Positions 1 through 8,738 of a stretch of 64,000 nt of DNA are shown in pieces. Numbering within the stretch: position 1 is the first letter of the stretch; each line of letters opens with the position of its first letter. Source of the DNA: Bacteroidota bacterium (lineage in GTDB: Bacteria > Bacteroidota > Bacteroidia > NS11-12g > UBA955); contig JABMMZ010000015.1 in assembly GCA_013205405.1 (NCBI GenBank), positions 75,586-139,585 on the forward strand. Direction: 5' to 3'. The notes under the pieces were generated by a model that was not told where the DNA came from, did not search any database, and saw nothing but the letters and a program-made list of their open reading frames with translations. The translations under genes were made by a program, and so were the position numbers.

Positions 1-2
1 AA

Positions 3-440
3 CCAATACTTTTAAAACGTGGCATGAGCAGTACCTTAGAAGAATGGTTGTTAGCAGCCGAATATATTTTAAGTGGAGGTAACGAAAAAGTAATTCTTTG
101 CGAACGTGGCATACGAACTTTTGAAACCGCTACACGTAATACTTTAGATTTAAGCATTATACCTTTGGTAAAAGCACTAAGCCATTTACCCATTATAGCC
201 GACCCTAGCCAAGGAACGGGTATAAGAGAACTGGTAACACCTATGAGTATGGCCGCTATAGTAGCAGGTGCCGATGGAATAATGGTAGAAGTACACAACC
301 ACCCAGAGGAAGCCCTATCTGATGGCCCACAATCGCTTTATTTTGATCAGTTTGCCCATTTAATGGAAAAGGTAGAACAATCTGCTCACTTTAATAACCG
401 CGCGGTTGATTATGCGGTAGATAGTAGGTTGGTATATTAG
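3..440 (+). CDS. 3-deoxy-7-phosphoheptulonate (DAHP) synthase, type I-beta, C-terminal part; 5' end lies off the left edge
   Basis: The frame is open from the window edge (PILLKRGMS...). Motifs [17 protein letters not shown] and [24 protein letters not shown] are typical of I-beta DAHP synthases. Stop codon at 438-440. Confidence 0.8.
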   Translation, partial: PILLKRGMSSTLEEWLLAAEYILSGGNEKVILCERGIRTFETATRNTLDLSIIPLVKALSHLPIIADPSQGTGIRELVTPMSMAAIVAGADGIMVEVHNHPEEALSDGPQSLYFDQFAHLMEKVEQSAHFNNRAVDYAVDSRLVY

Positions 441-688
441 TTTCCATTCCCCATTTTTAGCGATATTTCTTTTATTGAATTATTTTGTATCTGATTAGCT
501 GCCAAACCGAGCCATTTTTTTTTTGGTATTTTACTATTATATAATTGTTAAGTAAAGGTAAATTAATGGGTTAGCGTTGCTTATTGAATAATTTATACTA
601 CCTCATTGACGAGCAAATCCAAAGCAAACTATTTTTAGCTCTTTTTTAAATTCAAATTTTACTTCATTTGGTTGTAATTAGAATATCT

Positions 689-696
689 TACTTTTG
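689..696 (+). promoter_or_regulatory. Bacteroidota-type -7 promoter box (TACTTTTG = TAnnTTTG) upstream of rlmB
   Basis: Exact match to TAnnTTTG. TTG motifs lie at 668-674, about 15-20 bp upstream. The box is 34 nt before the ATG at 730. Confidence 0.4.
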
Positions 697-729
697 CACC
701 ACATTAACTATTGGAGTTAATACTAAAAA

Positions 730-1479
730 ATGAGAGAAGAAAAAACAGATTCAAGTTTAATATTTGGTATTCGTCCTTTAGAAGAAGCACTGACGGCAAA
801 AACCACTTTTTTGAAAGTATATGTGCAAAAAGGTATGGGTGATAGCATTAAACATATTAAACAAATACTGAATAGACATAAGGTTATTTTTACCGAGGTG
901 CCTAAAGAAAAATTAGATAGCCTGAGTAGATTCAACAATCACCAAGGCGTAGTAGCAAAAATATCATCTATAACTTATAGCAATGCGGAAGAGTTGGTAA
1001 AACAGCTGATGGATGATGATAAAAATCCTTTAATTATTGCTTTAGATAGAATTACGGATGTGCGCAATTTTGGTGCTATAGCAAGAACAGCGATGGCTGC
1101 GGGTGCTAGTGCCATAATTATTCCCGAAAAAGGGGCTGCCACTGTTACCGAAGATGCTATTAAAACTTCGGCAGGTACTTTAATGCATATTCCAGTATGC
1201 CGAAGCCAAAATATGTTTCAAACGATTAAGCATTTAAAAGACGAAGGGTTGCAAATAATATGTGCTACTGAAAAAGCCAATAAGGAAATGTATTTTGAAA
1301 AACTGGTAAAACCTTGTGTCATTATAGTAGGTAGCGAAGAAGATGGTATTCAACCAGCATTACTTAAATTAGCCGATAAAATGGTAAAAATACCAATGAA
1401 TTCTGAATTAGACTCCTTGAATGTATCTGTAGCTGCGGCTCTTATTATGTATGAAGTAGTAAGACAGAATATGGAATAA
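730..1479 (+). CDS. rlmB: 23S rRNA (guanosine-2'-O)-methyltransferase RlmB (SpoU/TrmH family)
   Basis: 249 aa. SpoU methylase motifs NFGAIARTA, IIVGSEEDGI and IPMNSELDSLNVSVAAAL, plus the N-terminal substrate-binding domain. Confidence 0.85.
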   Translation: MREEKTDSSLIFGIRPLEEALTAKTTFLKVYVQKGMGDSIKHIKQILNRHKVIFTEVPKEKLDSLSRFNNHQGVVAKISSITYSNAEELVKQLMDDDKNPLIIALDRITDVRNFGAIARTAMAAGASAIIIPEKGAATVTEDAIKTSAGTLMHIPVCRSQNMFQTIKHLKDEGLQIICATEKANKEMYFEKLVKPCVIIVGSEEDGIQPALLKLADKMVKIPMNSELDSLNVSVAAALIMYEVVRQNME

Positions 1480-1935
1480 ATAATTAAATTTATTTTGGGT
1501 TAAGGTAAAAGTTCTGATCAAAGCGTCATTCTGAACTCTTATACTCTAAAAAAATATTCAGTACTATTTTCATGGAGCGGAGCGGAATAATCTAAATAAA
1601 TTTCACATTATTCCTCTTTGCTGAATAAAGTTGTACTGTATAGTTTTGCTAAGCCAAAATTTACAGACCTATTATCACGAAACAAATTAATAACTTTATG
1701 ATTGATTAACCTGAATTGAGTTTACCTATTTGCAATTACATAGCTTCTTATCTATATACACTTTTATTTTTTTCGAAGATTTAAAGATATAAACAACCGC
1801 CTTTAGACCCTTTGTATAAATTTTTGCCATTGGTAGGTGCCACATAGTATTAGCTTTGTCATTAAAGGAGCACTTATGGTCATTAAAAAAGCTAAACAGA
1901 ATACTATTTTTTTTTACTCATTTTTTTAATTTAAA

Positions 1936-4900
1936 TTACCATATTAAATAAACATAACCTTTGATAAACCGCATTGGTGTTTTCTTGCCTTTGTAACTTA
2001 CATAATACACATAGTAATCATTAGGACATAGGTTGCCTTTGTATTTACCATCCCAACCTACTTTATGGTCAGTGCTTTCAAATACTTTTTCGCCCCAGCG
2101 GTTAAATATTTGCATTTTACTTTTGGCTATAGTTGTGGAAACTATTTTGAAGGTTTCGTTTAAATCATCGTCATTTGGCGTAAAGCCTGTTGGTAGAAAA
2201 ATAGCAACTGTATCTAGCACACATACTTCTTGGCTAAAACTATCAATACAACCACCTAAATTGGTAATACGCAATGTAATTTTATACTTATCTGCATCGC
2301 CATCATAAAGGTGAATTGGGTTGGTATTAGGATCGTAACCTAATACTGTTCCATCTCCAAAATCCCAAGTGCCACTGGTTCCACCTTCACTTAAATTGAT
2401 AACTTGCAATTCTGCATTATTGCTATACAAACACTGACCAGAAGGGGAGTATGAGAAATACGCTCTAATGCGCGGATAACCAGGTATGGTAGCCATTGTG
2501 TCATATATACAGCCAGTTGAGGTATTGGTTACTTTTACACGGTAAGAGCTGCTTACAGGAGCATTTATATTAGCAGTGTTTTGCGCTGGTACTGTATTCC
2601 ATAAGTAGGTAAATTTACCTGCACCTATCATGGTTAAATTAATAAAGCCTCTTTCGCCATAACATTTAATAGGGCTAGTAGTTACGTTGCTATAAAGTTG
2701 TGGATGCACATAAACTAATTTTTGAAGAATAACAGAATCACTGCAGCCATCGCTTAGTGAAGCAGTATATAAAGTACTTACTTTAGGCGAAACATAAATG
2801 GCTTGCACATTGTATTGCCCGCTATTCCATCGCAATATATGTGTGCCCGAACCTCCTTTACTGATTGTATTTAAAGCTACTGAATTGCCTATACAAATAG
2901 AATCTTTGGTGCTACTTAAAGTCAATCGCAAAGTATCACCAACTTCTGTTGGTCTTATGATAGAATTAACACATTTGCCAGTTCCTATCTTATAAGTAAT
3001 ATTATGGGTGCCAGTACCAGCTGCTTTTGGGTTAAATGCACTGCCAATTATTCCTTTGCCTGTTAATAATCCTCCTAAAGGATTAAGGGTTAAATTAATA
3101 AGTGTATCTTTAAAACAATAAAAAGGTTTCAGTCCAAGAATATTGGCTGCGGGTAAACTTATAACCGTTATTTTAACAGTATCTATACATTTACCAGGTA
3201 AATTAAAGAGTATTTTATGTACTCCAATACCTGCTACTGAAGGACTAAATATACCAGTTACGCCATTCGTAATTCCTCTGCCACTAAAAGTACCTTTTTT
3301 CTCACCATTGTATAATTTAAAAGGGTCATCAGCTATGCAAAAAGTAGTATCATTTTGTATTTTAGCTTTTGGGTATACTTGTATAATTATAGTGTCTTTG
3401 CAGCCATTTCCATCTCCTATTACTTGGTGAAATCCTGAACCGGCTAGTATTGGACTGAATTTTTGGTAGTAAACAGCACTACCAACTATGCCAGCACTAC
3501 CTGAAAATAATAAATTCCAAGGGTCATTTTGAACATACTGCCATCTTAAAAAGTAAGCGGTATCGTACAAACAGTTTTTAACTGTATCTTTATAAAAACG
3601 GCTATAGCGCAGGTACATTACTTTATCGTCTTTACAGCCTTCTAGGGTAGTGTAGGTTAAATCGACTTGTACAAATGTACTTTTTCCGGGCACTCTAAAA
3701 CTGTCTGCATCAAAAATACCATTGGCAGCATCAAAAATACCTTTTCCACTCCATTTTCCACCAGCGGGCAATCCAGCAGGAAGTGTCCTTTGTCCTGCGT
3801 CAGGACAAGCTACTTCATCCCAACGGGCATCTACATCTTTTATAAATCTTTCTAATGTATCTTTACAGCCATTTATGGAGTAAATGTATCTTTTATTACC
3901 AGCACCAGCCGCATTCGGATTATTATAACCTCTTATGGCATTGGTAACAGATGGGCCAGCCCAGCTACCACCTATGGGTGTAAAAGCAATGGTGTCTATT
4001 GTTTTAGATTTGCATACTGTATCAAATTGTTTGATTACAATGCCATCTATATTGATAGTTTTATTAGCATTACAGCCATTCCAAGTATAAGTTACTACAA
4101 ATGAGCCAGGTGAACTTGGGGGTGTAATAAGTCCTGCTGTGGTAATATTAGGGCCACTCCAAGTACCACCTGGGGGCGAAAAATTATAAACCATAAAATT
4201 GGCTGCACTAGGGCAAGAAGCATTAGGAGCTCCTGCATTTATGGCTCTTACTGTTACCACTACTGTATCAGCACATTTCCCAATAGTATAAGCAATTTTA
4301 AATACACCAGCGCCAGAGGCAGCAGGATTGAAAGTGCCATTTGTAGCATTGGTAATACCTGTGCCACTCCACTTTCCTCCGAGGGTGTAAGATGTTAAAT
4401 TAAAAGCCCCACTGGATTGACAAACAATGGTATCATTTTGCGCCACTGGTGGGGTTACTACTACAATATCAATTGTATCTTTACCAGCTACTGATACGCC
4501 ATCCGCCACTTCTAAAATATAACGTGTATCTACAGTTGGGCAAACATACTTAGGAGGCAAGCCAGACAAACCGCCACTTATCCAAGTGTAAGCATAATTT
4601 GCAGGATTGCCGCCTGTTACAGTAGCTGTTAAGGTGGCACAACTGCCTTTGCAAATAGTATCTTTAGTCGTTCTGAGTATTACTTTTATTGGGCAATCTA
4701 TAATTTTAAAATTTAGCTTAGCATTTATTTTCCAAATACTATCGCACTTATCTTTAAAAGTAGTATTAAAATCGAGGGTATAATTTCCGCTTTTATTAAG
4801 GCCACTTGCAAATGTGATATCAAAAGTGTTGGTTTCGTTTTTACTATCGCAGCCTATAGGTGTTACGCCACTAATAGCGGTAGAAAGAGTGCCACTTAAT

Positions 4901-5490
4901 TTAAAATTTTTAGCTTTTACTGAGTCACAATTTAACTTTTGGTCGAGCACAATTCTAATTTTAGTACTATTACAAGTAGGATTTGAAATGGGGGTAAATT
5001 TAGGAGTAGGAACTGTAGTTATTTTAGCTTCCCAACTCAATTCAAATCCTTCTAGATTATAGTTTTTATCAGAGTGAAAATAAAAAGTCATACAGCTATC
5101 GTTAGCTGTAAAAGTGCCTGTAGGTCTTGTATTACCGCTCCATTTACCAATTTGAGTTCCGGTAGTATCTCTACCTTTGTGTGCTCTTAAAAAGTCGGTT
5201 CCACTTTCTATTTGAAAAGTGCTTGCAAACTTGAAATTAATACTGCTAGCGCCTTTTACACAAATAGTAAAAATATAATCTTCATTGCTAGCGTAATAGG
5301 TTGTATTTACAGTATTTTCCTCACTGTCTGTAAGCTTTCCTCTGCAATCAGAAGAGCCTCCATTGCCCATTTTAAAAGTATTTTGCGCATAAATTGAATT
5401 TAGAAAAATAAAAAACAAGCCTAAAACAACTATTTTTTTATAACTGAATTGGAGTAATTTGATTTTATATTTTAATAATTTTTGAAACAA
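1936..5490 (-). CDS. Giant secreted surface protein: signal peptide, N-terminal CUB-like domain, repeated Ig-like modules, PKD domain, type-B T9SS C-terminal sorting domain
   Basis: 1184 aa. The signal peptide ends ...NSIYAQ. The CUB-like stretch runs from CRGKLTD to GFELSWEA. At least six repeats have the form 'GGxWSGxGI..G.F.P..AG.G'. PKD signature TWDFGDGT. The C-terminus FTPNDDDLNETFKI...IFNRWGEKVFES...WDGKYKG...YYVYYVSY...GYVYLIW matches the gliding-motility-associated (type-B) CTD pattern. Confidence 0.85.
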   Translation of the reverse strand: MFQKLLKYKIKLLQFSYKKIVVLGLFFIFLNSIYAQNTFKMGNGGSSDCRGKLTDSEENTVNTTYYASNEDYIFTICVKGASSINFKFASTFQIESGTDFLRAHKGRDTTGTQIGKWSGNTRPTGTFTANDSCMTFYFHSDKNYNLEGFELSWEAKITTVPTPKFTPISNPTCNSTKIRIVLDQKLNCDSVKAKNFKLSGTLSTAISGVTPIGCDSKNETNTFDITFASGLNKSGNYTLDFNTTFKDKCDSIWKINAKLNFKIIDCPIKVILRTTKDTICKGSCATLTATVTGGNPANYAYTWISGGLSGLPPKYVCPTVDTRYILEVADGVSVAGKDTIDIVVVTPPVAQNDTIVCQSSGAFNLTSYTLGGKWSGTGITNATNGTFNPAASGAGVFKIAYTIGKCADTVVVTVRAINAGAPNASCPSAANFMVYNFSPPGGTWSGPNITTAGLITPPSSPGSFVVTYTWNGCNANKTINIDGIVIKQFDTVCKSKTIDTIAFTPIGGSWAGPSVTNAIRGYNNPNAAGAGNKRYIYSINGCKDTLERFIKDVDARWDEVACPDAGQRTLPAGLPAGGKWSGKGIFDAANGIFDADSFRVPGKSTFVQVDLTYTTLEGCKDDKVMYLRYSRFYKDTVKNCLYDTAYFLRWQYVQNDPWNLLFSGSAGIVGSAVYYQKFSPILAGSGFHQVIGDGNGCKDTIIIQVYPKAKIQNDTTFCIADDPFKLYNGEKKGTFSGRGITNGVTGIFSPSVAGIGVHKILFNLPGKCIDTVKITVISLPAANILGLKPFYCFKDTLINLTLNPLGGLLTGKGIIGSAFNPKAAGTGTHNITYKIGTGKCVNSIIRPTEVGDTLRLTLSSTKDSICIGNSVALNTISKGGSGTHILRWNSGQYNVQAIYVSPKVSTLYTASLSDGCSDSVILQKLVYVHPQLYSNVTTSPIKCYGERGFINLTMIGAGKFTYLWNTVPAQNTANINAPVSSSYRVKVTNTSTGCIYDTMATIPGYPRIRAYFSYSPSGQCLYSNNAELQVINLSEGGTSGTWDFGDGTVLGYDPNTNPIHLYDGDADKYKITLRITNLGGCIDSFSQEVCVLDTVAIFLPTGFTPNDDDLNETFKIVSTTIAKSKMQIFNRWGEKVFESTDHKVGWDGKYKGNLCPNDYYVYYVSYKGKKTPMRFIKGYVYLIW

Positions 5491-5492
5491 GT

Positions 5493-5939
5493 TTATTTAG
5501 TAATTGTAATGTTGGGTGTTAAAATGGTATTACTCCAATTGCCTTTTCTATCTCTTAATTTCAATTCGAATGAGGTAACTTCGGTGTTACTGGTACCCAG
5601 TAGAAATGTGTTTTTTAATTGTACTACCAATTGTCCTTTTATCTTAATTTTACTATCGGGCGGTGCTAAAGGTTTTACAAAATAATAATCTGCTTTGCTT
5701 AAGCGTTTATCTTTTACTTGCAGATTATTTTCATCTGGATTAATATTGCCAATATCGCCATCGCCATCTGTATATTCAAATACAATACTTAGGCTATCTG
5801 TAAATTGTTTAACTGAAGTAGAAGAAATAGAAATTAGTTTAATAACTGGTACTTCACTTGTTGCAGCATCTTTCTTACAAGCAAAAAAACCAATGGCAAT
5901 AGATACAAAACTTAATATTTTAATTGTTAGGTTTTTCAT
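5493..5939 (-). CDS. Small lipoprotein of unknown function (probable Ig-like fold, DGDGDIG motif)
   Basis: I prefer the start at M8 of the tracked ORF (MKNLTIKILSFVSIAIGFFAC-KK lipobox). That start lies 1 nt after the stop of the upstream gene. The stop lies 2 nt before the start of the giant T9SS gene. Confidence 0.65.
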   Translation of the reverse strand: MKNLTIKILSFVSIAIGFFACKKDAATSEVPVIKLISISSTSVKQFTDSLSIVFEYTDGDGDIGNINPDENNLQVKDKRLSKADYYFVKPLAPPDSKIKIKGQLVVQLKNTFLLGTSNTEVTSFELKLRDRKGNWSNTILTPNITITK

Positions 5940-5940
5940 A

Positions 5941-6891
5941 TTAATTAATTCTAAGTGCAAAATAGGTTTTGGCTTTAAAAGAAGCCGTTACATTTGGAAT
6001 TATAGTAAGTCCATTTACATTATCAGTAGTTATAGTTCGTATCCATATTACATTGCCCATTATACCAAGTTGAGATAATGGAATTGTAATGCTGAACCAA
6101 TAATTAACATCGGTACCATTAAATCCTTTTGCTAAAAAAGAAGAGGACTCCTTCGTCATAGTCTTTTCGGTATTGCTATAATTATTGGGGTCTAAAGTAT
6201 AATTGAGGGTGGTAGCTCCAAAATTATTTAAAGGTGTTTTATCATCTGAATAGGCTACCATTAATTTTACGTTAGTAGTTCCACCTGGAATATTTATAGG
6301 AGAATTACCGCTACGACCAAGGGGAGTGCTTGAACCATCTGCAAAAGCTATTAAACCTCCTATTTGTGGAGAAAAATCATAACTGGCTGGGCTAGCACCA
6401 AATTGATCTTTGGCACCTGCATTTATCCAATTGGTAATATTTTGAATATATTCCGCTTGTTTGGCTGTCCAATCGCTATTAGGTTCTAGTGATAATGGCA
6501 TTTTGCCTTGAGAGCCAGGAATAAATACATTTATACGGTGTAGTAACATACTTGCTGCTGAATTGCTAGGCACTACACGTTTGGTTAGCGAGCTATTATT
6601 GGGGTCGGTATTTGTGACTAAACGACCTATCAATGAGTTGTAAGAACTTTCAACACTTCTAAAATCAGGTTCAAAATTTCCGTCATGGCAACCACTATTA
6701 GCGCAAGTAGGTTTAAATATATTTTTATGCAATCCTTGAATAGTATTGGGGTCAATAGTACTATCTTGATTTGCTGGCGCTTTTGTAGTATTACTCCAAT
6801 TATCATAAGGATTTTTATTCTTATTTGATTTTTTACAACCGAACATAAGAACAAGTCCAAAGAGGGTAAAATATATAATTTTTATTTTCAT
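5941..6891 (-). CDS. Lipoprotein with a PSCyt1-like (planctomycete-cytochrome-c-like) domain carrying a CX4CH motif, followed by a beta-rich C-terminal domain
   Basis: 316 aa. Lipobox LMFGC-KK. The stretch FKPTCANSGCHDG...RVVPSNSAASMLLHRI...GKMPL...ITNWINAGAKD parallels the PSCyt1 consensus (C..CHG ... vvPG.peeSlL..ri ... MPp ... l..WI..GA). Confidence 0.6.
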   Translation of the reverse strand: MKIKIIYFTLFGLVLMFGCKKSNKNKNPYDNWSNTTKAPANQDSTIDPNTIQGLHKNIFKPTCANSGCHDGNFEPDFRSVESSYNSLIGRLVTNTDPNNSSLTKRVVPSNSAASMLLHRINVFIPGSQGKMPLSLEPNSDWTAKQAEYIQNITNWINAGAKDQFGASPASYDFSPQIGGLIAFADGSSTPLGRSGNSPINIPGGTTNVKLMVAYSDDKTPLNNFGATTLNYTLDPNNYSNTEKTMTKESSSFLAKGFNGTDVNYWFSITIPLSQLGIMGNVIWIRTITTDNVNGLTIIPNVTASFKAKTYFALRIN

Positions 6892-6895
6892 TCAA

Positions 6896-8224
6896 TTATA
6901 TTCTATCAAATAAACTTCTTGAAGCACCTTCAACAAGGCCTGCGGCTTGCACTTCGCTTTTATAGCCTAGTATTTGTGCAATAGTTAAACTAAAATCTGT
7001 AACTCTACCAATAGGATTGGCTTCGCTACCTACCATTAAATTGCTTTGTACATTTGGTCCTACCATTCCGCCAAATACACGCAATGAATTGGCATCACCA
7101 TGATCGTAACCATACCAATCGTTGGCATCAATAATTGGATTGTTTTTTTGATTTCTACCACATTCAGGCGCAAAGCACATAATAGTTTTACCACTCATTT
7201 CTGGAATTTGTGTTTGAATATAATTCCACAAGAAACCCATAGCGTGATCGGCACGGTGCATGGCTTGCAAATAACCAGTAAAATTACCATGACAACCATC
7301 AATATTACTCATGTTTACAACCAATAATTTTGGTTTAAATACACGCAAAACTTCTGCAGCATAGCCTATAGTAGAACCATCGCCACCGCTTACAGGAGGC
7401 ATTGGCAATTGACCAGCCGCTTGGCGTTCGAAAGTTGCTTTTATAAATTCTTTAATACGGGTACGTTCATCATCTGTATTTTTAATGCCCGGCAAATCGC
7501 CTTTTTTAATATTAAATGAATTATCTAAAAAGTTTTTCATTTTATACATCGGGTCCAATTCCTCTTGAGGATGGTAAATTTTAGCATTAGAAAGTACAGC
7601 CATTCCATCACTACCAAAAGTAATATTTGGTGCAAAAAAATTGGCGCCATATTGTAAACCAAAGTCTGGGTGTTTACTAGAGTTTAATAATGGAGTGCTA
7701 TTGCCTATACCATTGCCAATAAACCAAGTATCGGTTGCTTTATAGCCACCAAATCTTCTAGCATATTCAAATATAGTAGGATTTACAGGGCGAACTTTTA
7801 AGCCTTGTCCAGCCACGCCACTGCCTGTAATCAAAGAATTTAAGCCGCCATAATGTCCTCCAGAAACTGCACGCATTTCTGAAAAAATGGTACCTTGTTT
7901 TTGTATCGTTTGAGACAATAATTTAGGTATTGGAGAGGCTCCATTTACCCCTGTGCCATAAGCTATTTTAGAGGTAGGCGCTTGACCTTCTAATATGTTG
8001 GTTAAAATATTACCTTCAACATTAAATCCTTGGCTATCTGCTAAATAACGCTGTAATATAGAATCTTGCTGACGTAATCCGCCTGCAAAAAGAACATATA
8101 CTACGTGGTCGGCCATAGGTGCATTAGATTGGGCGTATAATCTACCGGATGGTAATATATAGGGTAGCACTATTCCACCTGCGGTAATAGTAGCTGTTTT
8201 CTTTACAAAATCTCTTCTTTTCAT
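6896..8224 (-). CDS. Tat-exported DUF1501-like enzyme (alkaline-phosphatase/sulfatase superfamily-like)
   Basis: 442 aa. Twin-arginine signal MKRRDFVKK...AGG. The motifs VVYVLFAGG, NIDGCHGNF and PECGRNQ...GYDHGD are placed like the conserved metal-site blocks of DUF1501 proteins. Assignment is by eye only. Confidence 0.55.
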   Translation of the reverse strand: MKRRDFVKKTATITAGGIVLPYILPSGRLYAQSNAPMADHVVYVLFAGGLRQQDSILQRYLADSQGFNVEGNILTNILEGQAPTSKIAYGTGVNGASPIPKLLSQTIQKQGTIFSEMRAVSGGHYGGLNSLITGSGVAGQGLKVRPVNPTIFEYARRFGGYKATDTWFIGNGIGNSTPLLNSSKHPDFGLQYGANFFAPNITFGSDGMAVLSNAKIYHPQEELDPMYKMKNFLDNSFNIKKGDLPGIKNTDDERTRIKEFIKATFERQAAGQLPMPPVSGGDGSTIGYAAEVLRVFKPKLLVVNMSNIDGCHGNFTGYLQAMHRADHAMGFLWNYIQTQIPEMSGKTIMCFAPECGRNQKNNPIIDANDWYGYDHGDANSLRVFGGMVGPNVQSNLMVGSEANPIGRVTDFSLTIAQILGYKSEVQAAGLVEGASRSLFDRI

Positions 8225-8237
8225 AATCTTTTAATTT

Positions 8238-8738
8238 TTAATAAAACATATATTCATCGGATGCGGCAAAGGAAGTATAGACTATCTCTGGGCGAAAATT
8301 TGGATTGCTTTTATTTGAATTTATAAAATTAATAAACCAAGTTTTTTCTGCCTCAGTAGGTCTACGAATAAAGAACCTGATATAAGTTTCTTCAATAAAC
8401 TTTTCAGTACTATCTACCATGCGCTGTCTGCTTGGTAATTTTACAGTAGGTGAGTTCATATAATTACTTATAATTACTTCATTAATAAGAGTTTTATCAC
8501 CACAACTTTGAATCACTCTGTCGGTTCTGGTTAGTTCATTTATAGAAGATGGTTTTTGAAATAAATTAGTAGTTAAAATACTGTGAAATTCAATATTTGA
8601 TTTGCTTTTATCCTTATTTAAATTATCGCCATAAGAGGTTGTATCTAAAACGTCATAGCGAGTATTGTCATTCTTTTTGCAACCAAAAAAAACGAGTATC
8701 AATAAGATAGGAATCCATTTAAAAATGTGCGTATTCAT
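8238..8738 (-). CDS. Lipoprotein with one DUF4214-like module, unknown function
   Basis: 166 aa. Lipobox LVFFGC-KK. The C-terminal module is FIEETYIRFFIRRPTEAEKTWF...IVYTSFAASDEYMFY. The start overlaps the upstream gene by 20 nt. Confidence 0.6.
   Translation of the reverse strand: MNTHIFKWIPILLILVFFGCKKNDNTRYDVLDTTSYGDNLNKDKSKSNIEFHSILTTNLFQKPSSINELTRTDRVIQSCGDKTLINEVIISNYMNSPTVKLPSRQRMVDSTEKFIEETYIRFFIRRPTEAEKTWFINFINSNKSNPNFRPEIVYTSFAASDEYMFY

Noticed and set aside
1521-1560. GCGTCATTCTGAAC...TATTCAGTA segment resembling palindromic REP-like intergenic elements
   Set aside because: Only a 5-bp inverted match (CTGAA/TTCAG) is actually present, which is too degenerate to call a repeat element from one copy.
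1876-1929. 17-aa plus-strand mini-ORF (MVIKKAKQNTIFFYSFF) preceded by AAAGGAG
   Set aside because: The Shine-Dalgarno-like context is suggestive, but Bacteroidota rarely use SD sequences. The peptide is low complexity and overlaps the T-rich complement of the poly(A) tract. I cannot support it as a gene.
2033-5397. Six plus-strand ORFs (61-95 aa) inside the giant T9SS gene
   Set aside because: They are antisense shadows of a long, clearly coding minus-strand gene with recognisable domains. None has a promoter box or a recognisable motif.
6630-6860. 76-aa same-strand ORF nested out of frame in the PSCyt1-like lipoprotein gene
   Set aside because: It is an alternative frame of a gene whose main frame carries the lipobox and the conserved domain. 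There is no evidence for overlapping coding.
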